Below are positions 8,977 through 18,492 of a stretch of 64,000 bases of DNA, piece after piece (positions within the stretch are counted from its first letter, which is position 1; each line of letters opens with the position of its first letter). Under the pieces are notes generated by a model. That model did not search any database and was not told the DNA's origin. It saw only the letters and a list, made by a program, of their open reading frames with translations. The stretch is from Mageeibacillus sp. UBA3781 (GTDB lineage Bacteria > Bacillota > Clostridia > Saccharofermentanales > Saccharofermentanaceae). Where the stretch lies: contig DFFH01000130.1 in the NCBI GenBank assembly GCA_002368805.1, positions 10,863-74,862 of the forward strand, given 5' to 3'. A program made the position numbers and the translations under genes.

Positions 8977-9902
8977 GATTCCTCTTCCTCCTTTTCTTCT
9001 TCAGAAGGCTGATTTCTATCTTTTCCGGTGTCATATACCTTATATTCTTTCCAGAGACGTTCGAGCGCTTCGAAAGACTCCTCGATATGTGCTTTTCTAT
9101 GCATACCGAGAGCAACGAGAAGTGCATTGATCAGGGAGAGCGGCGCTGTAAGTGAATCTACGAAGGATGCCATATCCGAGCGGGCGAACAGAGCCACATC
9201 CGCATACTCAGTCATCGGCGTGTCCGCCTTATCCGTGATCACGATAACAGATGCGCCACGGGAGCGGGCATACTGCATCGACTGGATCGTTCTGCTGGAA
9301 TATCTCGGGAAACTGATACCGATCATGACATCTCCGGGACCGATCGGAAGGATCTGCTCAAATACCTCATTGGCACTGTTGCTGTGAATATGACGCACAT
9401 CATCAAAGAGCGGCGTCATATAAAAATGCATAAAGGAAGAAAGAGGCGAAGAACTTCTAAGACCCATAATATAGATCTTTTTCGCAGCAAGGATCGTAGA
9501 GACCGCTTTGCTGAACGCCTCCTCATCCATATTCTCATATGTATATTTCAGGCTGTCGATATCCGCCTGAAGGATCGACTTGACGATGGAAGCATCATCC
9601 GAGAAACGGCTGGCTGCATTGAGGCGCTGCACCGATGTAAGCTTGACCTTCAGCTCTTCCTGAAGTGCTTTTTGAAAATGCGGATACCCTTCATATCCGA
9701 GTTCCATAGAAAAACGGACAACAGTGGATTCACTGACTCCGGTCGTTTCTCCGAGCTTGGCCGCGGTCATATATGCCGCAGTTTCATAATTGGCAAGGAT
9801 ATATTTCGCAATAGCTTTCTGCCCCTTGCTCATCGAGTCCATCGATTCGGTGATCCGTTCGACGACACTTGATAATGACTCGTTTCTTTTATCCTCCGTC
9901 AT
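8973..9902 (-). CDS. MurR/RpiR-family transcriptional regulator (HTH + SIS domain)
   Basis: The N-terminal HTH_6 region reads SKGQKAIAKYILANYETAAYMTAAKLGETTGVSESTVVRF. The C-terminal SIS domain has IYIMGLRSS. A GGGGAGG RBS is present. Its stop overlaps the HutP-like start in an ATGA overlap. Confidence 0.85.
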   Translation of the reverse strand: MTEDKRNESLSSVVERITESMDSMSKGQKAIAKYILANYETAAYMTAAKLGETTGVSESTVVRFSMELGYEGYPHFQKALQEELKVKLTSVQRLNAASRFSDDASIVKSILQADIDSLKYTYENMDEEAFSKAVSTILAAKKIYIMGLRSSSPLSSFMHFYMTPLFDDVRHIHSNSANEVFEQILPIGPGDVMIGISFPRYSSRTIQSMQYARSRGASVIVITDKADTPMTEYADVALFARSDMASFVDSLTAPLSLINALLVALGMHRKAHIEESFEALERLWKEYKVYDTGKDRNQPSEEEKEEEES

Positions 9903-9905
9903 GAA

Positions 9906-10562
9906 TCAATCCTCCCCTTTTTGACCGTCCATCCAGCTCTCGATCGAGATCTGCCGGTCATCTTTATTTCCTGCCGCTTCTTCGAGAGAATCCTGAAGAT
10001 CGCGGATCGTCTTATACATCATAAGTTCCATTGCAGGCATCTCAGATACTGACGAGATACCAAACTCAAGAAGGAACTGCTGTGTCGTACGGAACAATGC
10101 CGGTCTGCCCGGTGCTTCCAGTGTGCCGCATTCTTCGACCAGACCACGCTCGATCAGGCGGGAAACGATAGAGTCGGAGCTGACACCTCTGACCGCTTCG
10201 ATCTGTGCTCTGGTCACTGGCTGGTTATATGCGATAACGGCCAGTGTCTCATAGGTCGCTTGCGACATCGGAGGACGGGTCCTCGGAGCAAACAGGCGTT
10301 CCAGGACCGGTTTCATCGACGGCTTCGTGCACATGACATATGCGTCGTCCGCTTTACGGATAAGAAGTCCGCCCCACGGGTTGGTCTCATAGTCCTTTAT
10401 CATGCGCTCAAGCGTCTCTTCGACCGCTTCCTTCGGCATCTGTGTGATCTCGCAGAGCCGGTCCACGGAGATCGGATCACCATGCGCAAAAAGCACTGCC
10501 TCCAGTGCGGCAGGCAGTTCCTGTACGGTGATCTTGTTTTCATGCTCGTACGATTCAGTCAT
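9906..10562 (-). CDS. scpB: segregation and condensation protein B
   Basis: The protein carries LEAVLFAHGDPISVDRL...TLAVIAYNQPVTRAQIEAVRGV, the ScpB winged-helix repeats. The start at 10562 overlaps the scpA stop by 8 nt. Confidence 0.9.
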   Translation of the reverse strand: MTESYEHENKITVQELPAALEAVLFAHGDPISVDRLCEITQMPKEAVEETLERMIKDYETNPWGGLLIRKADDAYVMCTKPSMKPVLERLFAPRTRPPMSQATYETLAVIAYNQPVTRAQIEAVRGVSSDSIVSRLIERGLVEECGTLEAPGRPALFRTTQQFLLEFGISSVSEMPAMELMMYKTIRDLQDSLEEAAGNKDDRQISIESWMDGQKGED

Positions 10563-11373
10563 ACGCGGCAAGCTCCTTTGACTCCTGGCTTCTGTCCAGA
10601 CCGAATCTCTCTTCGTCCAGCTCATTCTTCTTGGTCTCGATCTGAATTACATCGAAAGGCTTCTCCTGCTCGGCGACGATCTGATCACCGCGGAGGAGCT
10701 CAAGAACAGCCAGAAAACCGACGATACGGTCCATCTTCTCGACTTTATGTGCAGGGAAAAGCTCATGGAAAAAGACTTTACCTTTTCCCTTGATGTTATC
10801 CCACACAAATCTTATTTTATCACGAATGGAAAACTTATCTCTCTTTAAGATATGCGTAATACGGGATGCGATATCTGCAAAGCGGATCTTATTGCGCTTA
10901 CAGACATCCTCGATCCCCTTCTTTAATTCTTCTTCATCGACCGGTGCAGGAATGCTCTTCACTTCGATGCCAAGAGAAGCCGGTGTCTGCGGGACACGGT
11001 ACATGCAGTTCGAATAATCACGGTACCGATCCTTAAGATCCGATGCCAGCATCTTACAGCGGCGATATTCAAGGAGTTTTACCACGAGTTCTTCTCTCGG
11101 ATCAGGCTCAGCTGCACCATCGGTGACATTTCTATCCGGAAGAAGCATCCTGGACTTGATATGTACGAGAGTTGCCGCCATGAGCAGAAACTCTGAGGCG
11201 ACTTCCATATCCAGGGAATTCATCTTGTCGAGGTATTCCATATACTGATCGGTAACCTCGGCGATCGGGATATCGTAGATATCAATGTCGTTTTTTTCGA
11301 TCAAATGAAACAGAAGGTCCAGAGGACCTTCAAACTTACGAAGTCTGACTTGTGGATTCTCCATAGCTGCCAC
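10555..11373 (-). CDS. scpA: segregation and condensation protein A
   Basis: The protein carries FEGPLDLLFHLIEKNDIDIYDIPIAEVTDQY, the ScpA signature. The GTG start at 11373 lies 9 nt after GAGG. Confidence 0.9.
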   Translation of the reverse strand: MAAMENPQVRLRKFEGPLDLLFHLIEKNDIDIYDIPIAEVTDQYMEYLDKMNSLDMEVASEFLLMAATLVHIKSRMLLPDRNVTDGAAEPDPREELVVKLLEYRRCKMLASDLKDRYRDYSNCMYRVPQTPASLGIEVKSIPAPVDEEELKKGIEDVCKRNKIRFADIASRITHILKRDKFSIRDKIRFVWDNIKGKGKVFFHELFPAHKVEKMDRIVGFLAVLELLRGDQIVAEQEKPFDVIQIETKKNELDEERFGLDRSQESKELAAYD

Positions 11374-11398
11374 GATTTCCTACCTCGTTCTGTTTCAA

Positions 11399-12403
11399 TT
11401 ATTCGATCGTATCAAAACCGATCTTAACTGCTTTTCTTACTTCACGGATCGTCTCTTCCGCCTTTTTAGAAGCCTTTTCTCTTCCTTTTTTCAGGATCTC
11501 AAGGAGCTTCGGCTCATCCTGCAGAAGAGCAGTTCTCTTCTCATAGATCGGAGTATGGAACTCGGCGATCTTTTCCTGAAGCATCTTCTTGCAGGCAACG
11601 CATCCGATGCATCCGCCCTTACACTGCTCCGTGATCTCCGGGACTTTCTCCTCATTGAATACTTTCTGGAAAGCATAGACGGTGCAGACATCCGGATGAC
11701 CCGGGTCATCTTTTCTGATACGGGCCGGATCCGTGATCATGCTCATGACCTTCTTCTTTACTTCTTCCGGAGTATCTGCAAGAGCGATAGTATTTCCGTA
11801 GCTCTTACTCATCTTACGGCCATCGGTACCCGGAAGTACTTTTGCCTTTGTGAAAAGAGGCTGAGGTTCCGGAAGAACTTCCGTCTTATACAGGAAGTTA
11901 AAACGGCGGGCGAGCTCTCGTGTGATCTCAAGATGCGCGGACTGGTCTTCACCTACCGGTACGTAATTTGCACGGTACATCAGAATATCCGCCGCCATCA
12001 GGGCCGGATAGCCAAGGAAACCATAGGTCATGATGTCCTTTTCCGAAGACATATTAGCGATCATATCCTTATATGTCGGACATCTTTCGAGCCAGGACAG
12101 AGGGGTATTCATGCCAAGCAGAAGGAAAAGCTCCGCATGCTGCTTGATATCGGACTGCAGGAAGATCGTCGCCTTATCCGGATCCACTCCGCTTGCCAGG
12201 ATATCAGCAAGAAGACCCAGCGTATTCTTACGAAGCACATCCGTCTCCGCGTAACCGGTCGTCAGCGCGTGCCAGTCAGCGATAAAGAAATAGCACTCAT
12301 ACTGATCCTGAAGACGGACCCAGTTCTCGATAGCGCCGAAATAGTTGCCCAGATGGATATTTCCCGTAGGACGTGTTCCTGAAAGTACGATTTTGTTTTC
12401 CAT
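11399..12403 (-). CDS. trpS: tryptophan--tRNA ligase
   Basis: SGTRPTGNIHLGNYFGAI is the HIGH-type motif and KMSKS is present. Length is 334 aa. A C-terminal Cys cluster CKGGCIGCVAC is also present. Confidence 0.95.
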   Translation of the reverse strand: MENKIVLSGTRPTGNIHLGNYFGAIENWVRLQDQYECYFFIADWHALTTGYAETDVLRKNTLGLLADILASGVDPDKATIFLQSDIKQHAELFLLLGMNTPLSWLERCPTYKDMIANMSSEKDIMTYGFLGYPALMAADILMYRANYVPVGEDQSAHLEITRELARRFNFLYKTEVLPEPQPLFTKAKVLPGTDGRKMSKSYGNTIALADTPEEVKKKVMSMITDPARIRKDDPGHPDVCTVYAFQKVFNEEKVPEITEQCKGGCIGCVACKKMLQEKIAEFHTPIYEKRTALLQDEPKLLEILKKGREKASKKAEETIREVRKAVKIGFDTIE

Positions 12404-12413
12404 GTTTACCTCT

Positions 12414-13154
12414 TTATATGATTAATGTTTTTCCAACTAAATTCCAAAGGAGTTCTCCGCAGAGCTTATCGATCGGCCATCGGAACGGGAACGCGATCCA
12501 GTAAACGATCTTCTGGAGTATGCTGACGTCCGTGAAGCGGTCCATCATGATCAATGCGAAGAAAATATAGTAGCTATACTGAGTGATAGATTCAAAAGTC
12601 TGTTTCCACTTGTACGGGATATAGGTCGAAAGGAACCGGTATCCATCCAGAGGCGGAATAGGAATCAGATTGAACGCCATGAAAAGGAATCCGTACTCTC
12701 TTAAATAATAGATGAACTCAAGGAGTATCGTTTCAGCAAGTGCCGCGCCTTTGCTCTCGGTCGGGTTCTTCACAAAAAAAGCGAGGACGAAGACCATGAG
12801 AAAAGAAGCAATGATCGCAGTTACATAATTCGCGAAAACACCTGCCAGGCTGATAAGCCGTTCACATGTGGATCTTTTAAATCTCTTCAGGTTGTTAGGA
12901 TTATATTGGACAGGCTTCGCCCAGCCGAACCCGGCCAAAAGCAGCATAATGGTTCCAAGAGGATCAAAATGCGCCAGCGGGTTCAGTGTGATGCGGCCCT
13001 GTCTTCTCGGCGTGTCATCTCCCATCTTTTCCGCGACCCATGCATGCATGAACTCGTGGATGGAGAAGGTAAACGAAAGCACCATGATCATCAATGTCAG
13101 CTCGATGATCTTTTCTGACATGGGTGCGTCCGATTGTAGAATTCTAAATAACAT
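12414..13154 (-). CDS. site-2 protease family (M50) membrane metalloprotease
   Basis: Has the HEFMHAW (HExxH) motif inside a TM segment. The protein is polytopic and hydrophobic. A distal PPLDG motif is present. Confidence 0.8.
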   Translation of the reverse strand: MLFRILQSDAPMSEKIIELTLMIMVLSFTFSIHEFMHAWVAEKMGDDTPRRQGRITLNPLAHFDPLGTIMLLLAGFGWAKPVQYNPNNLKRFKRSTCERLISLAGVFANYVTAIIASFLMVFVLAFFVKNPTESKGAALAETILLEFIYYLREYGFLFMAFNLIPIPPLDGYRFLSTYIPYKWKQTFESITQYSYYIFFALIMMDRFTDVSILQKIVYWIAFPFRWPIDKLCGELLWNLVGKTLII

Positions 13155-13176
13155 ACCTTTTTCCTAACTAACAGTA

Positions 13177-16100
13177 TTAGACCTTAGTAAGAGAGAGTGT
13201 GACCTTCTCTCCGTTGATATCCCATTCCTTGGAAGAATCATCGGAACCCTCCGAGATCTCCGTAGCCAGGACATCTTTGGCGATCTGATCGCCATACTTG
13301 GCAAATACATTCTTCAGTTTTTCATCACAGGAATACTTCACTGTGATACGATCTGTAACCTCAAATCCGGAGCTCTTTCTCTGATTCTGGATCTTGGAAA
13401 CGATCTCACGTACAAAGCCTTCCTCGATCAGGCCATCATCAAGCTTAGTATCCAGAGATACGGTAAAGCCCTTATCCGCCTGAGTGGAAAGGCCTTCCGG
13501 CTGAACATTCTCCACCAGGAGATCTTCGGTCAGAAGTTCGAAGGACTCGCCTTCGACATCGATCGTGATCTTTCCGTCCGCCTCAAGAGCCGCCATGGTC
13601 TCCTTACCCGGGAGAGCCGCGATGACTTCCTTAGCGGCATTCAGCTTCGCACCGAGCTTTCTGCCGAGTGTTCTCAGCTGCGGCTTGAACTTATAATCCA
13701 GAAGAGTCGAAGCATCCTTAAGGAATACAACTTCGTGCACATTCAGTTCTTCTTTGATGATCGACTGATACTCTTCAGCAAGCTCATCTTCGCATACAGC
13801 ATAGAGCTTGCTGAGCGGCTGACGGATCTTGAGATTCGCCTGCTGACGGCAGGAAAGAGCAAGAGTTACGATCTGCTGGACATCGTCCATGTTACGCTCA
13901 AGATCCTCATTGATCCATGTCTCATTGGCTACCGGATAATCACACATATGGATCGAAAGCGGAGCATTCGCATCGACAGAACGTACGAGGTTCTGGTAGA
14001 TCGACTCTGTCATGAACGGGATAAACGGAGCGGCCAGACGTGTGAACTGCTCAAGTGCAGTATAAAGAGTCATAAACGCATTGATCTTATCCTGTGTCAT
14101 GTCTCCGCCCCAGTATCTCTCACGGCCACGGCGTACATACCAGTTGGAAAGGTCATCGACAAATGTCTCCATCAGACGGGATGCACCGGTGATATCGTAG
14201 CCCTGCATCTTGCTGTCAACGATCTTCTCAAGAGATGCCAGTCTCGACAGGATCCACTTATCCATAACAGAGAGCTTATCGTACTCGAGAGAATACTTGG
14301 TCGGATCGAACTGGTCGATCTCGGCATAAAGGATATAGAACGAATAAGTATTCCAGAGTGTACCCATGAACTTTCCGAGGATCTTATCCACGTTGCTATG
14401 GTCGAAACGGGACGGCAGCCACGGTGCATTGGCACTGTAGAAATACCATCTTGCAGCATCGGCACCCTGACGGTTCAGGATATCCCACGGGTCAACAACG
14501 TTGCCCTTATGCTTACTCATCTTGATGCCGTCCTTATCCTGGACAAGACCCATAACGATTACGTTCTCAAACGGAGATCTGCCGAACAGCTGTGTGCTGA
14601 TCGCCAGGAGCGAATAGAACCAGCCACGTGTCTGGTCAAGTGCCTCGGAGATAAACTGGCACGGAAAGTGGGCTTCGAAGAATTCCTTATTCTCGAAAGG
14701 ATAGTGGAACTGTGCAAACGGCATCGCACCACTGTCGAACCAGCAGTCGATTACCTCGGATACACGTGTCATCGGCTTGCCGCACTTCTCGCAGGTTACA
14801 TGTACCTGATCGACATACGGCTTATGCAGCTCGATCTCGTCCGGGCAATCAGTAGATTTTGCCTTCAGTTCTTCGATAGAACCGATACACTCACGATGTC
14901 CGCATTCACACTCCCATACAGGAAGCGGTGTGCCCCAGTAACGCTCACGGGAGATACCCCAGTCAACTACGTTCTCAAGAAAGTTACCCATACGGCCGTC
15001 ACGGATCGTCTCCGGATACCAGTTCGCCATACGGTTGCTCTTTACGAGGGCATCCTTGACCTTGGTCATTGCGATAAACCAGGAAGATCTTGCGTAGTAG
15101 ATCAAAGGAGTGTCACATCTCCAGCAGAACGGATAATCATGCTCGTAAGGCATCTTCTTAAGAAGCTTGCCTTCCATGTTCAGCTTTTTGATGATGAGCG
15201 GGTCCGCATCCTTTACGAAAAGGCCTGAGAACTCTTCGCATGCCTCCGGAAGAGTACCGTCTTCTTTAACAAGCTGTACGAACGGCAGGTCATTATCACG
15301 GCCTACTCTTGCATCGTCTTCACCGAATGCCGGAGCGATATGTACGATACCTGTACCGTCACTCATGGTTACATAACTGTCAGCGCAAACCTTAAAGGCT
15401 TCCTTTTTGCTCTTTTTAACTTCTTCTTCGGAATACGGGAAGAGAGATTCATATTTCTTTCCGACAAGCTCGGTTCCCTGATATCTCTCGAGGATCTCAT
15501 ATTCATCGAAGAGCTGCGGAACGAGGCATCCGGCCATGTAGTACATGACCTTCTTCTCTGTTCCATCCAGATCCTTGGAAACAGCGATCTTTACATACTC
15601 ATCCGTCGGGCTTACGCAGAGAGCGACGTTCGACGGAAGTGTCCACGGTGTGGTGGTCCATGCTGCAAAATAGGTATCCTCTTCACCGACGACCTTAAAG
15701 CGTACGAATACGGAGTTTTCTTTAACCGCCTTATATCCCTGAGCTACCTCATGGCTGGAGAGTGCAGTTCCGCATCGCGGACAATAAGGAACGATCTTAT
15801 GGCCCTTATAGAGCATTCCCTTGTCCCACAGGGTCTTCAGTGCCCACCACTCAGACTCGATATATGTGTTATCGTATGTGACATACGGGTGCTCCATGTC
15901 TGCCCAGAAACCTACACGGTCAGACATCTGCTCCCACTCTTCCTTATACTTCCATACGGATTCCTTACACTTTTTGATGAAAGGCTCCACACCGTACTCT
16001 TCGATCTGCGGTTTGCCGTTGATGCCGAGCATCTTCTCGACTTCCAGCTCGACCGGAAGGCCGTGAGTATCCCAGCCCGCCTTAAACTGTACGTGCTCAC

Positions 16101-16329
16101 CTTTCATGGAATGATATCTCGGAACAACGTCCTTAATGACACGGGTCTTAATATGTCCGATGTGCGGCTTGCCGTTTGCTGTCGGCGGGCCGTCATACAG
16201 CGTAAAATTAGGAGTTCCGTCCTTTTCCGGGCGGATAGACTTCTTCTGGATGTCATTTGCTTTCCAGAAAGCCAGTACTTCCTTCTCGCGATCGATAAAC
16301 TTCATATCCGGCGATACTTTTTTATACAT
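13177..16329 (-). CDS. ileS: isoleucine--tRNA ligase (long, type-2-like form)
   Basis: Carries PPTANGKPHIGH (HIGH) and KMSKHKGN (KMSKS). An editing-domain region and Cys-rich zinc motifs (CPRCGT, CWRCDT, CECGH, CEKCG) are present. The probable start is MYKKVSPDM at 16329. Confidence 0.95.
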   Translation of the reverse strand: MYKKVSPDMKFIDREKEVLAFWKANDIQKKSIRPEKDGTPNFTLYDGPPTANGKPHIGHIKTRVIKDVVPRYHSMKGEHVQFKAGWDTHGLPVELEVEKMLGINGKPQIEEYGVEPFIKKCKESVWKYKEEWEQMSDRVGFWADMEHPYVTYDNTYIESEWWALKTLWDKGMLYKGHKIVPYCPRCGTALSSHEVAQGYKAVKENSVFVRFKVVGEEDTYFAAWTTTPWTLPSNVALCVSPTDEYVKIAVSKDLDGTEKKVMYYMAGCLVPQLFDEYEILERYQGTELVGKKYESLFPYSEEEVKKSKKEAFKVCADSYVTMSDGTGIVHIAPAFGEDDARVGRDNDLPFVQLVKEDGTLPEACEEFSGLFVKDADPLIIKKLNMEGKLLKKMPYEHDYPFCWRCDTPLIYYARSSWFIAMTKVKDALVKSNRMANWYPETIRDGRMGNFLENVVDWGISRERYWGTPLPVWECECGHRECIGSIEELKAKSTDCPDEIELHKPYVDQVHVTCEKCGKPMTRVSEVIDCWFDSGAMPFAQFHYPFENKEFFEAHFPCQFISEALDQTRGWFYSLLAISTQLFGRSPFENVIVMGLVQDKDGIKMSKHKGNVVDPWDILNRQGADAARWYFYSANAPWLPSRFDHSNVDKILGKFMGTLWNTYSFYILYAEIDQFDPTKYSLEYDKLSVMDKWILSRLASLEKIVDSKMQGYDITGASRLMETFVDDLSNWYVRRGRERYWGGDMTQDKINAFMTLYTALEQFTRLAAPFIPFMTESIYQNLVRSVDANAPLSIHMCDYPVANETWINEDLERNMDDVQQIVTLALSCRQQANLKIRQPLSKLYAVCEDELAEEYQSIIKEELNVHEVVFLKDASTLLDYKFKPQLRTLGRKLGAKLNAAKEVIAALPGKETMAALEADGKITIDVEGESFELLTEDLLVENVQPEGLSTQADKGFTVSLDTKLDDGLIEEGFVREIVSKIQNQRKSSGFEVTDRITVKYSCDEKLKNVFAKYGDQIAKDVLATEISEGSDDSSKEWDINGEKVTLSLTKV

Positions 16330-16419
16330 AGTAAAACCTCTTCTTTTCCAAAAGCTCCCGTCATTATAACATACCAAGCCATTTGTGAGTATATTTTTTA
16401 TATTATAAGGAGAAATTCG

Positions 16420-16471
16420 TCAAAAATGACAAAGAAACGTTCCCGCCGCCTGCCCGGTGACGGGAACGTTT
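16420..16471 (-). terminator. rho-independent terminator after the beta-helix gene, upstream of ileS
   Basis: 11-bp stem aaacgttcccg (16435..16445) / cgggaacgttt (16461..16471). On the minus strand it is followed by ctttgtcattttt. Confidence 0.65.
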
Positions 16472-16497
16472 GAAGATTTTAAGCCAGAATGATCCGG

Positions 16498-18492
16498 TTA
16501 CAGAGTGTATTCTTCTTTTGCCTCGGCAAAAGGACCCGCAATCGTCATTACCCCGCGGTCTGCTCCGAAATAGTCGTAGTTAAATACGATATCGGAACCG
16601 TCGGTATTCTCGAATCTCTGATCCGGCTGGAATGCTTTTCCGAGGATATCGGTGTTGATGATACCCACCGGGAAATCCTTGACCTTACTGAAGATATTAG
16701 TGAGAAGAACATATTTGCCGTTCTTTTCGACCACTTCACAAGTCGCCTTGAATCTCTTGACAACAAGGTTCTTCTGCTCTTTCTTCCAGGGCTTGGCGCC
16801 ATTGAAATAGACATTGCTGTCGATCCATACCGGCAGATGCTGGAAGTGCTTCTCCATGATCTTGTGCTCATAAGCCATCGGCTCATTCAGATGGAAGGAA
16901 TCGATCCACTCCTGATATGTCGGATACTCATCAAAAATAAAAGTACCTGCTTCCTGCTTGTCAAAGAATCTCGGATCCTCATCCGCAGGGCATTCCTCGA
17001 TCGGCCACTTCTGAATGAAAATGTTGTTGTAGATACGGTCATCTCCGTGAAGGATACTCATAAAGCCCATGACTTCCGTTCTATGATGGAAGTGATATGG
17101 CGTATATCTCGGCTGATTCTTACCGGATACGAATTCATCCGTTCCTTCACCGATCGCCTGGAAAGTACCGCAGATCAGGTTATTAACGACCGCCGCACCT
17201 TCGGTTGCGAGACGGAGGGATGCTTTACTCAGCATGACATTATTATCGATGAGCGTCGGACCATGACTAACTTCGACAAAGATATCCTGGCTCATGATCG
17301 TGCCGCGGATTCGCTTTGCAAATGCAGGGGTATGATTGTCATGCAGGAGATTCTGTGAAAGGATCGTTCCCTGTGCCTGCCAGTCACACCAGATGCCCAT
17401 CGTGCAGTGATGGATATGATTTCTTCTCATCACGACATCGATCGCCGCGTGGAGCTTTATGCCGGCGATCTCCGCACCGCCTACTTCCATCATGTTATTG
17501 ATGTTATGGATATGATTATCCTCGATGATCGAGAAAACGCAGCCCATACGTCCGACGATACCGGTCTGCTCGCAGTGATGGATATGGCAGCGGCGGACGA
17601 TATGTGCACCGATATTTTCCTTTAACCAGCCATGATACTGACCGCGGCATACTGCATCGCGTTCCATCTGCGTCGGACTCTTCACTCTGTACTTGGTGAA
17701 GTAATGATCATTTTCAGGATCGAGATACTTTCCGAGAGAGATACCGCAGCAGCGGCTGTGGGATACTTCACAGTCCTCGATGATCCATCCGCGGCTCCAG
17801 TGCGGTCCGATCATGCCGTCCTGGAAAGCTGCCGGCGGCGCCCATGTTGTGGCTGCCTTATTTACCGTAAAACCGGAAAGCGTGATATAACCGACCCCTG
17901 TCTTACTCGGGAAGAAGCAGTTTCTTCTGACATTGATCTCTACCTTCTGCTTATTCGGGTCTTTGCCCTGGAAATTGGCATAGAGCACTGTCTTTCCGTC
18001 TTTCTGCTCACAATACCACTTGAAGATCGAGTTTTCCGGCTCCCAGGAAGCGGGATCCTTCTCACCTTTCAGGCAGTCTTCGAGTGTATCTGTCTCATAA
18101 AGAGCAACATCATTGAGATAGACACAGCCTGTATGCGGATGACGGTGCCAGAAGTACCAGTCTCCGCCGATCCTTGTATCGTAGGGATTATATGAACCGA
18201 AGATACCGTTATCGATCTCGACTTTCCATGTCTTCCCCTTATATTTCTCCCAACCCTTCACGATCTCGGCGCCGGTAATAACAGCCTTAAGCGGTTCTAC
18301 CGAACGATAAGTGATACGGGCATCCTCGGTTCCGGCATTGGCCGGATCGACATATTCTCTGTACACACCGGGCATAACGAGGACTTCGTCACCCGGCTTT
18401 GCGATCTTGGCCGCCGCGGTGATCGTCAGAAAAGGATGTTCTTTCGTTCCGCAGCCCTGGGATTTCGTGTTCTGATCAACATAATAGATCAT
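16498..18492 (-). CDS. right-handed parallel beta-helix repeat protein (carbohydrate-active-enzyme-like, no signal peptide)
   Basis: The N-terminus is DUF1565/pectate-lyase-like (GTKEHPFLTITAAAKIAKPGDEVLVMPGVYRE). Repeated PbH1-like units follow: HIHHCEQTG, DNHIHNIN and RRNHIHHCTMG. Family assignment is from motif recall only. Confidence 0.6.
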   Translation of the reverse strand: MIYYVDQNTKSQGCGTKEHPFLTITAAAKIAKPGDEVLVMPGVYREYVDPANAGTEDARITYRSVEPLKAVITGAEIVKGWEKYKGKTWKVEIDNGIFGSYNPYDTRIGGDWYFWHRHPHTGCVYLNDVALYETDTLEDCLKGEKDPASWEPENSIFKWYCEQKDGKTVLYANFQGKDPNKQKVEINVRRNCFFPSKTGVGYITLSGFTVNKAATTWAPPAAFQDGMIGPHWSRGWIIEDCEVSHSRCCGISLGKYLDPENDHYFTKYRVKSPTQMERDAVCRGQYHGWLKENIGAHIVRRCHIHHCEQTGIVGRMGCVFSIIEDNHIHNINNMMEVGGAEIAGIKLHAAIDVVMRRNHIHHCTMGIWCDWQAQGTILSQNLLHDNHTPAFAKRIRGTIMSQDIFVEVSHGPTLIDNNVMLSKASLRLATEGAAVVNNLICGTFQAIGEGTDEFVSGKNQPRYTPYHFHHRTEVMGFMSILHGDDRIYNNIFIQKWPIEECPADEDPRFFDKQEAGTFIFDEYPTYQEWIDSFHLNEPMAYEHKIMEKHFQHLPVWIDSNVYFNGAKPWKKEQKNLVVKRFKATCEVVEKNGKYVLLTNIFSKVKDFPVGIINTDILGKAFQPDQRFENTDGSDIVFNYDYFGADRGVMTIAGPFAEAKEEYTL

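Noticed and set aside
16330-16497. A T-box riboswitch expected upstream of ileS.
   Set aside because: The region is only 168 nt, and ~50 nt of that is the upstream gene's terminator. I found no T-box consensus or specifier-loop architecture by eye. The absence is reported as a finding, not as a feature.
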